Assembly: GCA_038727095.1 (NCBI GenBank)
Contig: JAVYWK010000023.1
Span: 1 to 28,361, forward strand
Reading direction: 5' to 3'
Source: Thermofilaceae archaeon
Lineage (GTDB): Archaea > Thermoproteota > Thermoprotei > Thermofilales > Thermofilaceae
Length of the DNA stretch: 28,361 nucleotides
Every line of letters starts with the position of its first letter. Within the stretch, counting starts at the first letter, position 1. Below are positions 17,881 to 26,262 of this stretch, in pieces. Both the position numbers and the translations under genes were made by a program. The notes below the pieces were generated by a model that made no database searches, had not been told where the DNA came from, and saw only the letters and a list, made by a program, of their open reading frames with translations.

Positions 17881-19674
17881 GTGCCCGAGACAAGGTTGGC
17901 CGTCTACGTCACAGCCCAAACGGTGAAACAGCTGGCAGAGGCCTCTCTACCCGCGGAGAAGGCGTTGGAGCTTCTACGCCGATTGAACGTCGAAAGGGTT
18001 TACGTTGAGAACTACCGGATGGGCCTCTTCGTGCCACCAGACCAGCTGGCGAAAGTTGGAAAGGTTTTCTCGAGTGAGGGCTACGAGGTTGCGGGAGGGA
18101 GCTGCATCGGTACGTGGGGGGAGGGTTGGGGGCGTTACGCGGATTTCGGGTTCCGCGTGATCTGCCTCACCGATGAAAGGAACCTGGCGCTGCTGGAGAA
18201 GGCGATGCGTGAGGCTGGAGCGGTATTCGACAGCATCCTGATAGACGACTTCTGGGCGCAGTGGTGCACCTGCCCGAACTGCGTGGCTGAGTTCAACCGT
18301 AGGTTCGGGCTCTCCGTCAGTAGGAGCGTGCTGCTGCGCGAGCTGTCGAGGGGTGACACGCCCACGGCTAGGCTCTGGTCCCGCTTCTCAACCGAGCTGC
18401 TCCTGGAGGTCTCGAAGGAGCGTGTCGTTAAACCCTTCCGCGAGGCCGGTGGAAGGCGAGTTGTGGTCAAGGTGGCGGAGTGGAGGGAGGACTTCTACGC
18501 CAGGGGGCTTCACGTTCCATCCCTCGTAAAGGTGTTCGACGGGATATACGTTGGCACAGAGTCCCGGGAGCGGGTGCGCAGCTACGGTTCGCACTACATC
18601 ACACTCCTCGTGCGCGAGCTCGCGGGTGGCGTTGAGGGGGTGTGGTTCGACACGTACGACGGATTGGGCTGGGAGCACCCCGTCAGCGTGGAGACCTACA
18701 TCGACCAGCTGCTCTCCAGCCTCACCCCCCTCCCGCCAGAGCTGACGCTGTTCAACCTCTGGGACCTCCTCCAACCAAAGTGCCAGCCGCACGTCGAAGC
18801 CGTCGAGCAGCACTATCCAGCTCTGAGTTCCGCGCTATCGAGGGTTGGGGGCGAGCCCCTCGGCCTCGTAAGGCCGGCGCTACTCCCACCATTCTCGCCG
18901 CTGGAGGACCGCTACATCGAGGACTACATCGGGTCGATCGGCGTCCCCCTGAAGCCCGCGCGGGAAGTGCCCAAGGGCTCCGCGGTTCTCCTCACAGCCA
19001 AGGAGGTTGGCCTGATCGATCTGGAGGACTTGCTCGCTAGAGTGAAGGTCCTCTTCCTCACCTCCGGCGCTATCAGGCGCCTGCTGCGCGGTGACGCCGG
19101 CGAAGCCGGCTACGATGTTCTGGCCGGCGCGGAGCTCCTCTACGACCACTTCGCCGCGTCGATCTTCGAGTACCGGGGCGCCGCGGCGATGGAGGGGCAC
19201 AGGCGGGCGAGCCTGCTGCCGGTGGGGCCCGTGCTCAACGCCAGGCAGGGTGAGAGCATCGTGACGGTGAGCGACGGTTGGGAGAGGAGGGCTGCCATAC
19301 TCAGGCTCGCGGCTAGGGGGGTACCCGTCATCGCGCTCTGCATCACGGACTACCCGCAGCTCTTGGGCGAGTACCCGGAAATCGTTAGGCAAGCCGTGAG
19401 GGATCTGGTCGGCGAGCACCTCGGCATCAAGCTGAGCCCGGCGAGGGGGCCGCTGACGAACGTCTCTCTGCACGCGTACAGCGACGGCCACCTCGTGCTC
19501 GTGAACCACAACGGCCACTGGGTTTCAGCCAGAGTTGACATCAACCCCGAGCTGTGCGGCTTCTCCGGCTCACCGACGCTGGTGCGGGGTCGCGCCACGG
19601 TTTCCACGGTTGGCGGCGGAGGGTTCGAGGTGGAGCTCCCGCCCAGGAGCTACGCGATACTGAAGGTGTGTTAG
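17881..19674 (+). CDS. Putative glycoside hydrolase-like protein (TIM barrel plus C-terminal domains), family unassigned
   Basis: ILIDDFWAQWCTCPNC, FDGIYVGTESR, GVWFD; C-terminal LVLVNHN...LPPRSYAIL beta-sandwich-like tail; GTG 17881 avoids overlap with yjbQ. Confidence 0.6.
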   Translation: MPETRLAVYVTAQTVKQLAEASLPAEKALELLRRLNVERVYVENYRMGLFVPPDQLAKVGKVFSSEGYEVAGGSCIGTWGEGWGRYADFGFRVICLTDERNLALLEKAMREAGAVFDSILIDDFWAQWCTCPNCVAEFNRRFGLSVSRSVLLRELSRGDTPTARLWSRFSTELLLEVSKERVVKPFREAGGRRVVVKVAEWREDFYARGLHVPSLVKVFDGIYVGTESRERVRSYGSHYITLLVRELAGGVEGVWFDTYDGLGWEHPVSVETYIDQLLSSLTPLPPELTLFNLWDLLQPKCQPHVEAVEQHYPALSSALSRVGGEPLGLVRPALLPPFSPLEDRYIEDYIGSIGVPLKPAREVPKGSAVLLTAKEVGLIDLEDLLARVKVLFLTSGAIRRLLRGDAGEAGYDVLAGAELLYDHFAASIFEYRGAAAMEGHRRASLLPVGPVLNARQGESIVTVSDGWERRAAILRLAARGVPVIALCITDYPQLLGEYPEIVRQAVRDLVGEHLGIKLSPARGPLTNVSLHAYSDGHLVLVNHNGHWVSARVDINPELCGFSGSPTLVRGRATVSTVGGGGFEVELPPRSYAILKVC

Positions 19675-19689
19675 AAAGAGGTTTTAAAA

Positions 19690-20130
19690 TCAAGGCTTCT
19701 TTCTCAACCTCCCGATCCCGCGCTCATCCGGGATTCTAGCCAGCGTTAGCCCGTCCACCCCGAGCACTACGATCTCGGCGAGGTAGAGCACGCGGCAGCC
19801 TTCCTCCACGTGGCCGCCGTAAGCTCCCTTAGTGTCAGATACGACGGCGTGCAGGTGGGCTTTACCGCCCGCGACCACCCCCTGTAGCGAGAGGAGCTCG
19901 AGGGGGACACCCTCGAAAACCAGCTTCTGCTCCCTCACTGGGTAACCGGTGGTCGTCACCGCGTGCAGGTAGCAGCGGTCCAGCGTCCCGATCCCGGAGA
20001 GAACAACCGCCGTCTCGAACCCCTCCCTTCGAGCTACATCCTCGATGCTCTCCAGCAGCAGGTCGCCGGGGTCGAGGCGGATGACGAGCAGCTTCCCAGC
20101 GTAGCCCGAGAAGCATTCCAAGCCGCTCAC
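19690..20130 (-). CDS. PPC-domain (DUF296) protein
   Basis: IRLDPGDLLLESI, SGIGTL, ELLSLQG, AHLHAVVSD, GGHV, AEIV. Confidence 0.9.
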   Translation of the reverse strand: MSGLECFSGYAGKLLVIRLDPGDLLLESIEDVARREGFETAVVLSGIGTLDRCYLHAVTTTGYPVREQKLVFEGVPLELLSLQGVVAGGKAHLHAVVSDTKGAYGGHVEEGCRVLYLAEIVVLGVDGLTLARIPDERGIGRLRKKP

Positions 20131-20810
20131 CACAGCTTCAACCCGAGCTTCTCCAGCAGGGGTTTCTGCGAAGCCCTGTCCAGCTCGAGCTGCCTTTCCG
20201 CCCTCTCCAGGACTTTCTCGGCCACCTCCCTCGGAACGACCACGACGCCGTCGTAATCGCCGACGACGATGTCGAAGGGGCGCACGGTCACGCCTCCTAC
20301 TGTCACTGGCACGTTGACGTCCTCGGGCCCGAACTCCAGCCTCCCCACCACCTCCGTCCTACCGTGGTAGCGGTAGAAGGTGGGGAAGTCGATCCTCTCG
20401 ATCTCGCCCGCGTCCCGCACCCCTCCGTCTACGACGGCGCCTTCAACGCCCCTCGCTTTAGCATATAGCGCCACCGTCGACCCCCAGAAACCGACGTCAG
20501 GGCTGTGGGACGCATCCACGACGATCACCGTGCCAGGGCCGGCGTGCCTCATGAAGTGCTCGTAGTTGGCCCGAGTCGCGTACCACCTGTCGGCGAACCT
20601 GTCGTACTCATCGGGCCCCATCGTGGGTATCTCCTCCTGGACGCGCCTCGTCCTCACAGTGACAGCGTAGCCGGCCAGCTTCGCTGCGGGGTAGAGGGGT
20701 CTGATCTCCCTTGAGATCAGAAGGTTATCGTGGTACCCGTACCGGTCGAGGGCGTCAACGACGTCCGCCACCCTCAACCTCCTGAACCGTGCGATGAGCT
20801 CGCCGCTCAC
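20127..20810 (-). CDS. RraA / 4-hydroxy-4-methyl-2-oxoglutarate aldolase-family protein
   Basis: ADVVDALD, GYAVTVR, GFWGS, VDGGVRD, VGDYDGVVVVP. Confidence 0.88.
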   Translation of the reverse strand: MSGELIARFRRLRVADVVDALDRYGYHDNLLISREIRPLYPAAKLAGYAVTVRTRRVQEEIPTMGPDEYDRFADRWYATRANYEHFMRHAGPGTVIVVDASHSPDVGFWGSTVALYAKARGVEGAVVDGGVRDAGEIERIDFPTFYRYHGRTEVVGRLEFGPEDVNVPVTVGGVTVRPFDIVVGDYDGVVVVPREVAEKVLERAERQLELDRASQKPLLEKLGLKLW

Positions 20811-20841
20811 AGTCAGCGGTCTCCGGCGGCGTAAAAATCGG

Positions 20842-22197
20842 TTACCCAGCGATGTCGGACAGGTCGTAGACCAGGTAGCCCATCCTTCTCAGCTCCTCCT
20901 TCCCCTCGAGGCTCCGGGCTACTAGCCCGTACAGCTTCTCGCGGAGTTGGATTTGACCTCCCTTCTCCGACAGCCTTCTGAGGATCGCTCTGGCTTCGTG
21001 GTGGCTCAGGTCGGACCACTTCACCTCGATTAGCGCTCCAACCCCCTCCCTCGCGGACGCTACCACAATGTCGACCTCCTCCCCCTTCGCCCACCACCTG
21101 CCCACAACGTCGGGTTCGAGGGGGAAGCGGCCGCTTCGCACCTCGCTGACCACGTGTTCTAAGGCAACCTTCTCGAAAACCCAGCCGAGGTAGGTGTTGA
21201 AGTCGACCGCGACGCTGGCCCAAAGCTCGTTCTCCAACCCCCTCTCGAGCAGCGACTTGTTGGGCCAAACGAAGCGGAACCAGAAGGCGAAGAAGGGGTC
21301 TTTGATCGAGTACATCGAGCGCCCCCTCGAGAGCACCGGTCTCTCCCTCTCGATCAAGCCGAGATGCTCCAGCGTGGCCAGGTAAGTCGTCAAGTTCTCC
21401 CTGGAGATCCCAGCCGCGCTGGCGATCTCGCTCAGCGTCCTCCTCCCCTGGGAGATCGCTGTGAGCACGTCCATGTACCGGGCCGGAGCCCTCAGCTCCT
21501 CTAGCAGCAGGAAGAGGGGTTCCTCGTGCAGGGGGCCCCGCTTGCTCAGCACCAGGTCGATGATGTTCCTCTCGGGGCTCTTCCCCTCATCGACGAGCTC
21601 GAGGTAGGCTGGCGTACCCCCGAAAGCCCCGTAGATCTTGACGAGCTCCAGGGAGCTGTACCTGGTGAACCACTCGGCTAGCGCACGGAAGCCTAGGGGC
21701 TCGAGCTTCAGCACGGCCGTTCTGCGCCCGTAGAGGGGGGCATCGCCCCTCAGGGCGACTCTCTCGATGACCCCCACCGTTGAGCCGGAGAGGATGAGAA
21801 CACCGCGGGACTTGGAGAACCGCTCATCCCAGTACCTCTGGAGGAGGGATGTGGCCCCCTCGACTTCCGCCAGCCGCTGGAACTCGTCCACCACCACTGT
21901 GACCCCCCTCTCGAGCTTCACAGCGATGTACTCTAGGAAGGAGGAGAAATCGGGGAAGCGGAAACCCCTGAAAAACTCGCCCTCCACCGCTCTCGAGAGC
22001 TCCGCCAGCACAGTGTCCCTCCCTCCGAGGGGGACGTAGAAGTACAGGCCCGGCCTCCGGGACAGCAGCTCGAGCAGAAGCCTCGTCTTCCCCACCCTCC
22101 GCCTCCCGTACACCAAGACGAGGTGGGGCTTACCCTCGTCGCACAGCCTCTCGAGAAGGCTCAGCTCCTCCTTTCGGTCGACGAATTTTACATTCAT
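20842..22197 (-). CDS. Archaeal ATPase with winged helix and C-terminal DUF234 / restriction-endonuclease-like domain
   Basis: FVDRKEEL, YGRRRVGKT, VVDEFQ, LSGS, GGTPAYL, DPFFAFWFRFV, GRWW..EEVDIV, IEVKW. Confidence 0.92.
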   Translation of the reverse strand: MNVKFVDRKEELSLLERLCDEGKPHLVLVYGRRRVGKTRLLLELLSRRPGLYFYVPLGGRDTVLAELSRAVEGEFFRGFRFPDFSSFLEYIAVKLERGVTVVVDEFQRLAEVEGATSLLQRYWDERFSKSRGVLILSGSTVGVIERVALRGDAPLYGRRTAVLKLEPLGFRALAEWFTRYSSLELVKIYGAFGGTPAYLELVDEGKSPERNIIDLVLSKRGPLHEEPLFLLLEELRAPARYMDVLTAISQGRRTLSEIASAAGISRENLTTYLATLEHLGLIERERPVLSRGRSMYSIKDPFFAFWFRFVWPNKSLLERGLENELWASVAVDFNTYLGWVFEKVALEHVVSEVRSGRFPLEPDVVGRWWAKGEEVDIVVASAREGVGALIEVKWSDLSHHEARAILRRLSEKGGQIQLREKLYGLVARSLEGKEELRRMGYLVYDLSDIAG

Positions 22198-22211
22198 GAT
22201 TGTAACAATCA
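22197..22211. promoter_or_regulatory. Inverted repeat TGATTGT-A-ACAATCA at the ATPase start
   Basis: Perfect 7-bp arms; extra TAACAAT half-site at 22218-22224. Confidence 0.55.
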
Positions 22212-22384
22212 AGACTCTAACAATTTATCCTTTACTTCTCGTACGTATGATGCTACGTGGGTGGAGCGGGCTAGGCCTCTAAGGATTGCCCAATCCCTTA
22301 GGCTGAGCGAGGTGCTACTTCATCGTGGGAACATCTGGACACCAGGTGCATTCGTTAGAGCTTGAAACAGCTTGTGCTCACGAA

Positions 22385-23569
22385 TCACCCCCATGTAAAG
22401 TAGATGATTTTCTTCCCGCTGTCCGCATCAAATGCGTAGAGGATGTCACCCGTCCACTGGATGCTCGAGATCACCAGCTTTGGAGGCGTATAGCTACCAC
22501 CCCTCTCAATCTTCTTCCATAGCTCGACGGGGACGGTGACTGGTCCGTAACTCACGGTAAAGGTGACTCGGGCCCCGATCTCCTCAACCTCCTGTGTACC
22601 CCCTCCGAGGTCTATCTGGATTGGCGTTGGCGTTCCCTTTGGATATCCGCGGATCCACCCTGAGGGTTGGCTCCCGCACAGCGTGCACTGCTTACTCTCA
22701 CCCCAAGAGTACCCGCCGAAACTGATGGGTGTGACAAGCTCGTAGTAGTAGAAGACCGGGGTCGGATCAGTGCGGTAAAGCCATCTTTCGTACTTGTAAG
22801 TCACATACACGAGGAGCCACCTGCTCTCTCCATTTGAGAGGGAGGTGGTGGCTACGTCATTGTCGCATGGCGTTAATTTATCACCAGTGGTAATCCAGTT
22901 CTGGAAGCTGTAGCAGCAGGTGCCCTGACCCGAGGGAGTATAGACGGAGAAATGCCTAGCCTTCTGGCTGAAGTATAGGTAGTTCCCGGAGTAGAACTTG
23001 ACGTAGACGGTGACTCCGTTGATCGTGTGCACCTGGAGAGCCTTTGTTAGAGCCGTTACCGTTTTAGTCTCGCTATCTGGGGGGCGACTGGCGCAGGGCA
23101 CACAGCTGCTTGATTGAGCCTCGATGATGCTTTGAGCTTTCGCTGCAGGCTTCCCAACCCTCTCAACCGGGATTTTCACTCTTAGCTCCATAATGGGCTT
23201 CTCTGGTCTTATCCTCACAAGCTTAGCCCCGAAGTATTCGCTACCCGCCAGGACGATGGTGTACTCGTGCTCCTCCCACTCGTTGAAGATGTTCAGCAGC
23301 CTCCAGATCCTGATGGAGTGGCGCAAGCCTTTAGCTTCAATCCGCTCGCTCATACTCTTCGACCCGTACCGAGTGAAGTTGTGGATGAAGACCATGAACT
23401 GGTCAGAGACAGGCCTACCGTCTTGATCAACCGGCTCAATGTTGAAGGTGATCAGAGCCATCGACCTCCCGCTCAGCCAATCGAGGAAGAGCTGGTAGAC
23501 CTCCGGAGACGCGAGAGGATCCTGGGCGACTATAGCCCCCGGAAGAAGCAGAAGCACTAAGGCAACCAC
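22385..23569 (-). CDS. Hypothetical secreted protein, start uncertain
   Basis: 394-aa ORF with signal peptide h-region (VALVLLLLPGAIVA-Q) and Cys/Thr/Tyr/Gly-rich C-terminal half; visibly lower GC than its neighbours. Confidence 0.8.
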   Translation of the reverse strand: MVALVLLLLPGAIVAQDPLASPEVYQLFLDWLSGRSMALITFNIEPVDQDGRPVSDQFMVFIHNFTRYGSKSMSERIEAKGLRHSIRIWRLLNIFNEWEEHEYTIVLAGSEYFGAKLVRIRPEKPIMELRVKIPVERVGKPAAKAQSIIEAQSSSCVPCASRPPDSETKTVTALTKALQVHTINGVTVYVKFYSGNYLYFSQKARHFSVYTPSGQGTCCYSFQNWITTGDKLTPCDNDVATTSLSNGESRWLLVYVTYKYERWLYRTDPTPVFYYYELVTPISFGGYSWGESKQCTLCGSQPSGWIRGYPKGTPTPIQIDLGGGTQEVEEIGARVTFTVSYGPVTVPVELWKKIERGGSYTPPKLVISSIQWTGDILYAFDADSGKKIIYFTWG

Positions 23570-23757
23570 GGGAAGAATGGTTCTAAGAGCTACCCTCCTA
23601 GCAATTCTAAACCACCAGTAGAAAGCCTATGAGCTCCTCTTAAAAATTTTCCCAGTTTCAGTAACAGTCATGAGAGGATCCCTTCAACCTAAAGCTCGGG
23701 CGGCCTCAATGAAGGCTTCGCCAGCTCGATTGTGGAGCACTGAGCACGTAAGCAGCA

Positions 23758-24717
23758 TTACGCTTTAAGGCGCGCCGGGTGCAGAGGAGCATTGGTTGAG
23801 ATCGCTCGAAGGACTTCACCGAGTCCTTCCGACTCCGTTGCTGAAGAGCGTGCCTTCAGTTTCCCCTGCCCGCTCCTCATCGTGCTGAGCGCCATTGCCG
23901 ATACGATCGCTCCCGCACCGAGAACCTGGAGCGGGGTGAGGGTTTCCCCGAGCGCGAAGTAGGAGAAGACGGCGGCGAAGACAGGCTCGAGCAAGTAGAT
24001 GAAAGCAGCCTCGACACTTCCCACCCAGCGCTGCCCGTACAGTTGGAGCGCGTTCGCGCCCACGGTGCACACAGTCGCTAGGTAGGCTAGTGGAGGTAAA
24101 GCAGCCCCCAGCGCCGAGCCGCTGGGGAGACCGGATAGGGGTGCGATCAAGGCCGCCGCCAGAGCAGTGAAGGAGCACTCGAGGAAGAGGAGAGAGAACA
24201 GGTCCCCCCTAGCCACACGGTCTACCGCCATTATCTGAAGCGCCCAGCACACCGAGCCCGCCAGGACGATCGCGTCCCCCAGCATCACCTCGAAGGCCCC
24301 CCCGCTGAACGACATCAAGTAGAGGCCGAGTAGCGCGAGCGCCACGGCCATAGCGAGGCGACGCGAGGGTTTCGCCTTGCCGAGGAACGCCTCGAAGGCG
24401 TAAACGAAGACGACGCTCAAGCCCGTCACGAAGGCCGCGTTCGAAGCCCGAGTGTACTCCATCCCCCAACCCTGCAGGGTTATTCCGAGGAAGTAGAGGA
24501 CGCCCAGCTGGAGGCCGGGGAGCAGGTAGGCGGACAGCAAGCTCCTCCTAGCGAGAGCGACCGGTGCCAGAAGGAGTGACGCGAGAGCGAAGCGGAGCGC
24601 GACGTAGTAGAGGAAGCCGACCGTACCCACAACGATCTTGATGGCTGGAAAGGTGGTCCCCCAGATCACAGTCAGCGTCACAAGCGCTAGCAAGCCGACG
24701 GTACGTTGAGAAGGCAT
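23758..24717 (-). CDS. EamA/DMT-family transporter
   Basis: IWGTTFPAIK, ALRF, ASNAAFVTGL, GDAIVL, LLEPVFAAVFSYFALGE; about 10 TM segments. Confidence 0.92.
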   Translation of the reverse strand: MPSQRTVGLLALVTLTVIWGTTFPAIKIVVGTVGFLYYVALRFALASLLLAPVALARRSLLSAYLLPGLQLGVLYFLGITLQGWGMEYTRASNAAFVTGLSVVFVYAFEAFLGKAKPSRRLAMAVALALLGLYLMSFSGGAFEVMLGDAIVLAGSVCWALQIMAVDRVARGDLFSLLFLECSFTALAAALIAPLSGLPSGSALGAALPPLAYLATVCTVGANALQLYGQRWVGSVEAAFIYLLEPVFAAVFSYFALGETLTPLQVLGAGAIVSAMALSTMRSGQGKLKARSSATESEGLGEVLRAISTNAPLHPARLKA

Positions 24718-24799
24718 CGCCTCCCTTAACTCCTGGGGTTTTTAAGCTCCAACGGGTGCCATAGCCGTTACGGTTTTTGTGGCGTAGCACGCAAACCCC

Positions 24800-26233
24800 G
24801 TGATGCTCAGCAGGGTCGTCAGGTTCGCGGGCACCGTTAGGAGCGCGGAGGCGGGCGGCTTCATCTACCTGCCCTTCAACGTCCCCGAGTGGGCTAAAAC
24901 CATCGAGGTTGAGTACAGCTACAGGGGTTTAGGGCCTGGCGAGTGCACGGTCGACATCGGGGTTTTCGAGCCCGGCCCCCTCGACTTGATCGAAGCCATG
25001 ACCAACTTCAGGGGGTGGAGCGGCTCCAGCCGGAGGAGCTTCTACATTTCCGAGAGCTCGGCAACGCCGGGTTACCTGCCGGGCCCCCTGAAACCGGGGG
25101 TTTGGCACATCGTGCTGGGCCTCTACAAGATTCCAGCGGAGGGCTGCGCCTACGAGGTGGTGGTTCGCGTCAGCGACGCTCCACGCAGCGGCGGGCAGCA
25201 GCTAAGAGCTGCGTCGAACGTTTGCCGGAAGAGAGGCTGGGTGAAGGGGGACTTCCACGTCCACAGCGTACACAGCGATGGGGATTCGACGCTCGAGGAG
25301 GTGGCGGAGAAAGCGAGGGAGCGGGGCTTGGACTTCGTCGCTGTAACGGACCACAACACGCACTCTCACATGGCTCAAATGGGTAGCGGATGGGTTGGCG
25401 GAGTTCTACTCGTCAGAGGGGTTGAGTTGACGACCTACAGGGGGCACTTGAACGTGTACGGCTTCCTTTCAACCCCTGAGTTCCGGATCCGCAGCTACAA
25501 GGATTTACTGCGCGTCGTGGAGCAATTGAGGGGGCGGGGGGCTTTGATCTCGGTGAACCACCCGAAACCTCTGGGGCCAGATTGGGAGTGGGGGTCGATA
25601 GGCTTCGCGCACTTCGTTGAGGTGTACCACTCGGTTTGGGGGTTCAACAACTACATCTCGCTCAAGAAGTGGGATGAAGAGCTCCGGCGCGGGCTTAAGC
25701 TGGGGTTGGTTGGAGGCAGCGACGTGCACAAGCTGAAGAGCGACGCGGGGGTTTCCAGGATTGGCTCCCCCACCACTTGGCTCTACGTAGACGAGCTGAG
25801 CGAGAAAGGGGTGCTTGAAGCCCTGTTGAGGCAGAGGGTTTTCGTCTCCGAGGACCCTAGCGGCCCCCGCGTCATGCTGCAGTTGCAACACGGCCAAACC
25901 CTGTACCAGCTGGGCGATAGCGCGCCCGCCGCGCGAAGCTTTGCTATAGTGCGTGTTGATAGGGGGGAGGGTAGGCTTGCTCGACTGGTCTCCGACAGCG
26001 GCGTAGAGCATGTATGCAAAGTTCAAGGCGACCCGTACGTGGAGAGGTTGGAGGTGGACCTGCGCGACCGGGCTTTTCTCAGGCTTGAGGTGCTCAACTA
26101 TTGCGAGGATCCGTGGGACCCGTACCATAGAGAGAACGATATCGCGGCGATCACCGCCCCCATCCTCATCGAGCATCAGCACGAAAACTGCCCCGCATTG
26201 AGCGAGCTTGCACGCCACCACGCAGGCGGATAA
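24800..26233 (+). CDS. PHP-domain metallohydrolase (CehA/McbA-like)
   Basis: FRGWSG...ATPGYLPGP N-terminal domain; GDFHVHSVHSDG, VTDHN, GVE, NHP, GGSDVH. Confidence 0.88.
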   Translation: MMLSRVVRFAGTVRSAEAGGFIYLPFNVPEWAKTIEVEYSYRGLGPGECTVDIGVFEPGPLDLIEAMTNFRGWSGSSRRSFYISESSATPGYLPGPLKPGVWHIVLGLYKIPAEGCAYEVVVRVSDAPRSGGQQLRAASNVCRKRGWVKGDFHVHSVHSDGDSTLEEVAEKARERGLDFVAVTDHNTHSHMAQMGSGWVGGVLLVRGVELTTYRGHLNVYGFLSTPEFRIRSYKDLLRVVEQLRGRGALISVNHPKPLGPDWEWGSIGFAHFVEVYHSVWGFNNYISLKKWDEELRRGLKLGLVGGSDVHKLKSDAGVSRIGSPTTWLYVDELSEKGVLEALLRQRVFVSEDPSGPRVMLQLQHGQTLYQLGDSAPAARSFAIVRVDRGEGRLARLVSDSGVEHVCKVQGDPYVERLEVDLRDRAFLRLEVLNYCEDPWDPYHRENDIAAITAPILIEHQHENCPALSELARHHAGG

Positions 26234-26243
26234 GTTTATCCGC
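26226..26243. promoter_or_regulatory. Perfect palindrome GCGGATAA-GT-TTATCCGC over the TATA-like box of the 26263 gene
   Basis: 8-bp perfect arms; TTTATC 26235-26240 is about 23 nt upstream of ATG 26263. Confidence 0.55.
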
Positions 26244-26262
26244 TCGGCTCAAACGAAGCCCG

